Shown: positions 57,392 through 64,000 of the stretch, in pieces
Layout: each line of letters starts with the position of its first letter
Numbering within the stretch: position 1 is the first letter of the stretch
Assembly (NCBI GenBank): GCA_000002445.1
Contig: CP000071.1
Location: 128,001 to 192,000, forward strand
Direction: 5' to 3'
Source of the DNA: Trypanosoma brucei
Lineage: Eukaryota
Length of the DNA stretch: 64,000 nucleotides
Position numbers and translations under genes: made by a program
The notes under the pieces: model-generated
Told to the model about the DNA's origin: nothing
Seen by the model: the letters and a program-made list of their open reading frames with translations, nothing else
The model's database searches: none

Positions 57392-57681
57392 CTCTACAAC
57401 TAGCTTTCATACATTGTTTTTTTTAAAAAAAAAGAAATTGAAAGCAGATTCATCTCGAGACTGATTACTTAAACGCACACGCAAGTAACAGTTGCAATAG
57501 ATGATTGTTGAATTGAATAGCACCCTTAATAAATAGTACCCCATCCCAGTAATATGAACAGATGCCATACAAATGCGTTAAGTTGTCCCCCTACTTTTTT
57601 GCGTATTAAAAGTGAAGAATAAATTAAAGAATAAAGCGTGAGGGCAATCGAAAATATTAAATGAAACATAGTGATCAGAGG

Positions 57682-57701
57682 CACACACACACACACACAC
57701 A
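57682..57701. repeat. (AC)10 microsatellite
   Basis: Read directly in the 2-kb intergenic gap. Confidence 0.9.
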
Positions 57702-58976
57702 AAAAGGTAGTATATCCCTGCCGAGGTTGCACAAGTGTCTTCATAATATTAGTAATGTAGATGCACAGGACATTTGTGATTATTTACGCCAGATTCACTT
57801 GCCTTTAAGTAGCCACAACCGTTTCAACCTAAGAAGGGTGTTATGGAGAGGGACAATTATACGTACCGACATGTGCTTTACACCATTACAATGCGAAAGC
57901 ACCGCCATACACGCACATTGTTCACTTTTTCCTCTTCAATTTTTCAAAATAATAAAACGCAACAGAATTTTTAAAAAAAAAATCATAACGTCAAAAGAGA
58001 AGGAAGTTTACGACAAGTTCAAGGTGGCAGTTGCGTACTGGTGTCAGCGACAAAATTTCCAGCACCAACACACCGTTACTTTCATATATGAAGTCATGAA
58101 GAATCAATTCTGATTGGAACCACCGCGTCACTGCATTTACCTCGCACTTTCGAGTACTACATAGGGGAGACAACCTCTAACAAAAAAAAAAAAGCAAATG
58201 CTTCCGCGTAAAAATTATAAAAAAACAACATCTCGTCACAACACTCTGCAGAGGAGTGTATCTTCCAGAACACACAACAGCGTCACTGCCATTACGAAAA
58301 GTAGAAAAGTGTCTGTGGTTAATCCTATGCAGTGAAGGTGATTAAAAAAAGAAAAAACATCCTCACACTCAGCAACAGAACGTTTAAAATGTCATCAGTG
58401 AAAGATTCGGTGGAGAGTCCATAAATTTCATTTACTCAAACAACTGTGGATAATAAGAATTTTTATCTTCTGACACAACATATGCCACAAGAAATTGACC
58501 CTCACACTTTACAAGTACCGTTACACACACAAAAGAAAATTATCCCAGAGAGTCACCTCAATCGCAATAGCAACTGCGGTACCAAAAGATAAAACAAACG
58601 GCACACATTTGTTTGGATGCTAGGAAACGTTCACGAATCACTACCATTCAAAATTTAGTGAAAGGGAGTACGGCAAAAAGGATCCTCCGCAAGCTTTACG
58701 GTATTAAGAAAAAAAAAAGTACCGAAGTTTAATTTCAAGCTGCGGTGGAATAAAAGGACGAATGAGCCACATAGAAATTAGGTACCGTCAATTCATCCGG
58801 AAGCAACGATATGCACTACGCATCGTCTTCACTCTCAGTTCTCAGTTGTATTTCGCGCAAATGGAGAGCGGAACCTTGTTGCTGCTACTACATTTTTGTT
58901 TAAATAAAAAAAAACGTGGCACAAAACCAAAATGGACAATGTCGTAGCACCAGATATGTAAAGGAGCTTTACAAAA

Positions 58977-58978
<2 letters not shown>

Positions 58979-59010
<32 letters not shown>
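58979..59010. repeat. (TA)16 microsatellite
   Basis: Read directly in the intergenic region. Confidence 0.9.
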
Positions 59011-59012
<2 letters not shown>

Positions 59013-59366
59013 CAAAGCATCTCCCAACAAACGAGGGAAGGAAACACACTATTGCATTTCAAAGCAGGTTAGAAATAATAAAATATGGTGTCACAGGGCG
59101 TTTGAGAAGGTATATGTCCATATTCACCTGTGAGTAAACAACCTGTTAAGCCGTAAGTTAATGCTGGCTATGTCAATAAAAAGGCAAGTCGCAGCGACTA
59201 CCCGACACACCCACCAAGTTGCTACTCCCGTCGCAGCAAATATAAATAAATAACAATAAGGGGTAATAAAGTTACTACAAACGAATGTGAACGACTAAAG
59301 AATTACATGATGTTTCATAACCTCCATAACAACGCACAACTTCGACTAAGTGACGCGAACACTAGC

Positions 59367-60239
59367 TTACGGGGTGGAGAGAGCAGAAGCTTCCTTGATA
59401 ATTTCATTGTTTCCGAAATAGCAAACTACACCGGAGCGTTGTGATAACTCCTGTTTCTTTCCAGCGCAGTGCACAGAAGAGGTGCTTGTCTCCGCCTCAG
59501 TAGCAACCACATCACTGCAATGCAGGAAATCTATTACAATCGCCTTACCGCACGTCTCCACCGGCAATCCTCTAACGAACCATTTCGCAATCTTCTCAAC
59601 TGCTCGTGTTTTCTCCGCCCTGTCTAATAAACCTGGCCGGTAGATGGACAACCGCGATAGTTGAAGTTCCTCTACTGAAGCATCTGCTCGACCTTTCGTT
59701 TGTGGATAAAGAAAGCAAGAGTTCTTGTTAGCCAGTTGTGCGCTCACCTGCGCATAGTTAAGGAGGGTTGAACCACTAAATCTTTTTACTGCCTCTGCAA
59801 AGGCAACAACATAGTCATAATCACAGCGTTTGAATTTGGTGGCACTCCCTGCATCACGGCGAGTGGTCCCAAGGCACATGGCAACGTACGTGTGGCCGCT
59901 GAATATATCGCGGTAACGCACCTCCGCGGAGCTCTGCGTCTTCCTATGAGTTTTGTCAGCATTCTCTCGTTGTTCCTCCCAGAAACGGCAGAAATCCTCC
60001 CAATCGAACGTTACGGTGTGCAGACGGGCTATTTGCTCTCTAGTTAATAATGAAGAAGCTTCCTTTTCAGTCTTGTTACCATTTATGCCCTCCAGCGAAA
60101 AACCGAAAAGTGCCGCAACATCTTCCGATGGGCAACTCCTTGTGAGGGCCGCGACGCGAATAAACTCCTCACGCCGCAGAGCCTCAAACACCACACGGCG
60201 GCCAATCGCACCTGTTGCACCCGCCACTAGTAGAGACAT
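59367..60239 (-). CDS. NAD(P)-binding Rossmann-fold protein (NmrA/atypical SDR-like)
   Basis: N-terminal MSLLVAGATGAIGRRVVFEAL matches the GxxGxxG dinucleotide-binding motif. 290 aa, ATG verified. Confidence 0.6.
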   Translation of the reverse strand: MSLLVAGATGAIGRRVVFEALRREEFIRVAALTRSCPSEDVAALFGFSLEGINGNKTEKEASSLLTREQIARLHTVTFDWEDFCRFWEEQRENADKTHRKTQSSAEVRYRDIFSGHTYVAMCLGTTRRDAGSATKFKRCDYDYVVAFAEAVKRFSGSTLLNYAQVSAQLANKNSCFLYPQTKGRADASVEELQLSRLSIYRPGLLDRAEKTRAVEKIAKWFVRGLPVETCGKAIVIDFLHCSDVVATEAETSTSSVHCAGKKQELSQRSGVVCYFGNNEIIKEASALSTP

Positions 60240-60553
60240 CCACCAAAAAACGTGCGCTAAAAGTTAATCAAATTTAACAATAAGGAATTCAACACGTGAG
60301 TGGTCGGCAGCAGTTGCCCTCTGTCTGAGATAATGTACCTGTGACCTCCTTTGTCGCTGTGGAACCACCTAACAGTGAATTAAAAAAAAACAAAACGGAA
60401 AGATCGCTGTAAAAATCTGCGAACTAGGCAAACATATAAAACCAACTGACGTCGTCAGATTGCCGTAACGTAGGAATGGCTGCCACAAAGTGGCGAAGTT
60501 AACAATGGCAACAACACGACTAAAAACATTACACGTCTTATGAATTACACCCT

Positions 60554-61114
<561 letters not shown>

Positions 61115-62378
61115 TTAGTGTAATTGACAGAAGAGAGTGATTCATAAAAATAAAAAAAAAGAAATCCAGTGGCCCACAAAAACTAATTATCTACACAGCT
61201 AATGTGGAGCAGGGCAAGTGAGTGCAGTGTGTGGACTAGTGTTCGCATTTTTTTTTCCTCAAAAGGTAGCTCACGCCACGTGTATGACGCTGATACTAGC
61301 AAACAGTAACTGCAAACAAAGAGCCGTTACGCATTTATGTAGACATAACAGTTTTTTCCTTTAGATTCATACACACGCAGTAACCGATGTTTATCTGCAT
61401 CAAAGCTCCGTGATTCGTCGAATCTTCATGATTTAGTTTTCCACACACTCTTTTATTAAAAAAGAGTGTGTGCAAAAACGCACTTGCAATACATCGAACG
61501 CAGCAGTACCCTATTTACCACACACACACAAAAGGAGGAAAAAAAAAGGAAAACAATTTTCACCTTTCCTGCTTCCCCCCCCCTCGTAAAAACCCTCGAA
61601 CGCACGCACTGGCAACAAATTTTCCGAAAAGATTACGGACAAGGATAGTCGCTGCAACCACTACTCTGCACCAAACATCAGATGTTGTTATCACTCACCC
61701 ACTTTTCCTACGCGCCACTTCCATGTGGTGTTGCAGGTGCTATTACACGCGGGTTCATTTCTTCAATAGAACTGATCCTTTAGGGGGGGAAATAATAATA
61801 ATAATAATAATACAGGAGGCAGATAAGGGCATGGATGATGATTTAGGAGAGGAAGAAGATATAATGTTAACCAGGCATAGTCGTAACTGGAACCCTGCAA
61901 ACACGCACGCACATTTAGAGTAAGAAACTTACCAAAAAGAAAACCAAAAATCGGGGAAAGGGAACTTCAGCGACATTAACAACAAAGGCCTGACTAACGC
62001 TCCCCTCCATAAAGATACATCCGCACAATAATTAACAATTCAGGAGAATAACGGCAGATAACCACGTCAGCGTGAGGCTAACAGAGAATGCTGTTGATGT
62101 ACCTTTGTGATTACATGTCTGATGGCAGCATCAGTTTGTCTCCTGGCACTTCTTACTTCTTTGTTCCTCTTTTCTGCTACCATACACAAATTGAACTTCA
62201 CCTTCCCTCACTTCTGAACAATATCTTCAACCACCGACATAATCAATCTGCCCCTACACATCCATCTTCCCGACGGTTAGTCTTGTCTATTATCTATCGT
62301 TCAATGATATCATTTCAAGCAAAATAATAAAAAAAAATAAATAAATGTGCACTGGCTATAATTTTAATGGACATCACC

Positions 62379-62726
62379 TCACGCGAGCCTCTTGATAATG
62401 TGCAACCCACTGTCAGTTTGAACAATAGGGCTTATATCGCCAATCTTGAGGGCCCGAACGGCATCTTCAAACGGCTTCATCATCTCCCCACTAGAAAAGA
62501 AACCCAAATCCCCTCCAGAAGCGTAACTTCCACAGTCACTGCGTTGTGAAGCCGCCTCTTCAAAACTCACCTCTCCAGAGGCAATGCGTTGCGACCACTT
62601 CTGCAGTTCCTTGATGGCGTCCTCGTATGTCACATCTGCAGTAGAATCTCCAGTACGACGCGAAACCGGATTGCGGCTGCCACTGAATTTCACCAGCAGG
62701 TGAGCTGCTCTCAGCTTTTCGGACAT
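62379..62726 (-). CDS. PIN1: Pin1-type parvulin peptidyl-prolyl cis/trans isomerase lacking a WW domain (115 aa)
   Basis: LRAAHLLVKFSGSRNPVSRR…SDCGSYASGGDLGFFSSGEMMKPFEDAVRALKIGDISPIVQTDSGLHIIKRL matches the Pin1/Ess1 PPIase domain, including the basic phospho-binding loop and the catalytic Cys region. ATG verified. Confidence 0.8.
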   Translation of the reverse strand: MSEKLRAAHLLVKFSGSRNPVSRRTGDSTADVTYEDAIKELQKWSQRIASGEVSFEEAASQRSDCGSYASGGDLGFFSSGEMMKPFEDAVRALKIGDISPIVQTDSGLHIIKRLA

Positions 62727-63054
62727 GAAGCGCTGATGTCGAAACCCTTAATTATTTGACCTCGGAAACGGCTCTCACGTAATTAAATGTAATGTTAGAA
62801 GAAGATAGAAATTTTTGTAAACGGGGCCACCTTAACCGCATTGCTTCCACATTCTCCTCATGGCACAGATTATTAAATCCAGGGATGCACCACAACCTTT
62901 CACTACCATCAGCGTCATCACAATAAAGAGGTGTGTGAACGCTGGGAAAGGTGTGGGAAAATAATCACTCAACAAATGATTGTTAACCAGAAAATATAAA
63001 ATAGCTGTTAGAGTGTGTACACCAAGAGCATGACGTACCGTAGATGAAGTAATG

Positions 63055-63092
63055 TATATATATATATATATATATATATAGGTAGGTAGGTA
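63055..63092. repeat. (TA)13 followed by (GGTA)3 compound microsatellite
   Basis: Read directly. Confidence 0.9.
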
Positions 63093-63286
63093 GATAGATA
63101 ACTCCTCCACGCCACCATTCAAGAAGGAACGGAGGTAATATGCTAACGAAAAAAGTGGAAAAAAAACTTATCATTTGCGTATCAACAACTAGACATGAAT
63201 ACGCACACTGAATATCTATGAACACCTGGTTTCAAAGGACCCGCAAACACACAATAGGTAGTCCCACCTGAGTGCCATGCATAGAG

Positions 63287-63994
63287 TCAGTTCACCCTTC
63301 GGGCGCGATTGCATAAATACGCGATCGAACAGACGCGCAACCCAATGGCTAATGCCCGCGCCGCGAGCTCAACGGTTTCCGTGCAAACGTATACCGCGCC
63401 GTTTCCGCTATACCTGCTTACAAGGAAAGAAGCAAACATTAATGTGGAGTGATGCTGCTCTCGAGAGCGCTCGCCGAATCCGATCACACTCGGAGCATCC
63501 TTTTCACCCGTATCAGGGGACGAGTTTAGCATTAGTAGTGGAGACAGCGACCTCCATTCTTGGATCACCGGCGGAAGCGAATTAGCCTCGCCCTCACGCT
63601 GTTCATCCAAAAGAAAGTCACATTTTGCATTTTCCATAATGCTAAGAGCACAGCTCACTACTTCAACAAAATCATAGCTAAAACCAGTCGAACATGGAGT
63701 GCTAGAGCAAGTGCTGCAGAAACTATGAAGTGTTGGCGTCGTAACGCTGCTCACTTCCTTAACATCCGTCGACGCCAAGAACAGTAGTTCTTCCTTCACC
63801 ACTCGCGGAACTCTCATCATGTTCCCGCGTTCAGTAAATATTGTTTGATACAATGATGTGGGACCCGTCATGTTAGTTAACGCTAGTAGCGACGTCGTGT
63901 CCATTACTAACAACGCACCCTTTACGCGTGCCGCATCTTCCGTGTTGGACAGGACTCGTCGGCGCAGAGTTGAAAACATAATGTATTGCGGCAT
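63287..63994 (-). CDS. Hypothetical protein (at least 235 aa); the reading frame stays open to the window edge, so the true start may lie beyond 64000
   Basis: ATG at 63992-63994, but the two upstream codons (to 64000) are also open. LLVMDTTSLLALTN is weakly PIN-domain-like. No confident assignment. Confidence 0.4.
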   Translation of the reverse strand: MPQYIMFSTLRRRVLSNTEDAARVKGALLVMDTTSLLALTNMTGPTSLYQTIFTERGNMMRVPRVVKEELLFLASTDVKEVSSVTTPTLHSFCSTCSSTPCSTGFSYDFVEVVSCALSIMENAKCDFLLDEQREGEANSLPPVIQEWRSLSPLLMLNSSPDTGEKDAPSVIGFGERSREQHHSTLMFASFLVSRYSGNGAVYVCTETVELAARALAIGLRVCSIAYLCNRARRVN

Positions 63995-64000
63995 GTATCT

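Overview
This window reads as African-trypanosome (Trypanosoma brucei-group) nuclear DNA, not prokaryotic. The evidence is a VSG gene remnant carrying the conserved VSG 3'UTR 16-mer and a 70-bp-repeat-like element, an ingi LINE with the trypanosomatid 79-bp 5' signature and a 2A peptide, an ESAG8-like leucine-rich-repeat pseudogene, an interstitial (TTAGGG)n tract and intron-less unidirectional gene arrays. No CRISPR or rRNA genes are visible; tRNA, snoRNA and other small ncRNA genes were not systematically scanned and cannot be excluded.

The window splits into two parts.

(A) 1-23.1 kb is an accessory, subtelomere-like segment containing:
- a 5'-complete ingi retroelement on the minus strand whose 3' end lies beyond the window start;
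- directly abutting it, a VSG pseudogene on the plus strand with an in-frame TGA and frameshifts, followed by the 16-mer and one 70-bp-type repeat;
- a PAP2 lipid-phosphate-phosphatase gene;
- a tandemly duplicated ~3-kb two-gene cassette encoding signal-peptide-bearing, acidic, C-terminally hydrophobic proteins, whose near-identical flanks enclose a highly diverged core;
- about 5 kb of ORF-free purine-rich DNA;
- an LRRP (ESAG8-like) pseudogene;
- a short interstitial telomere repeat.

(B) 23.6-64 kb is one housekeeping polycistronic unit lying entirely on the minus strand, with about 18 genes:
- a 2443-aa Chorein-N (VPS13/ATG2-family) protein;
- MsrA;
- a Miro-like GTPase;
- proteasome Rpn10;
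- a carnitine acyltransferase;
- a WD40/coiled-coil protein;
- the editosome protein KREPA3/MP42;
- lipoate-protein ligase;
- a Dpy-30-domain protein;
- a P5A-type ATPase;
- a Sel1-repeat protein;
- an NAD(P)-binding protein;
- an SSB-like OB-fold protein;
- a WW-less PIN1-type parvulin;
- and several hypotheticals.

From memory, and without any database check, the gene order resembles the left arm of T. brucei chromosome 8 (around Tb927.8.5xx-7xx). Many ORF-track start positions are GTG or TTG rather than ATG, so I re-derived ATG starts where I report a CDS. The most unusual feature is the duplicated secreted-protein cassette with conserved flanks and a hypervariable core.
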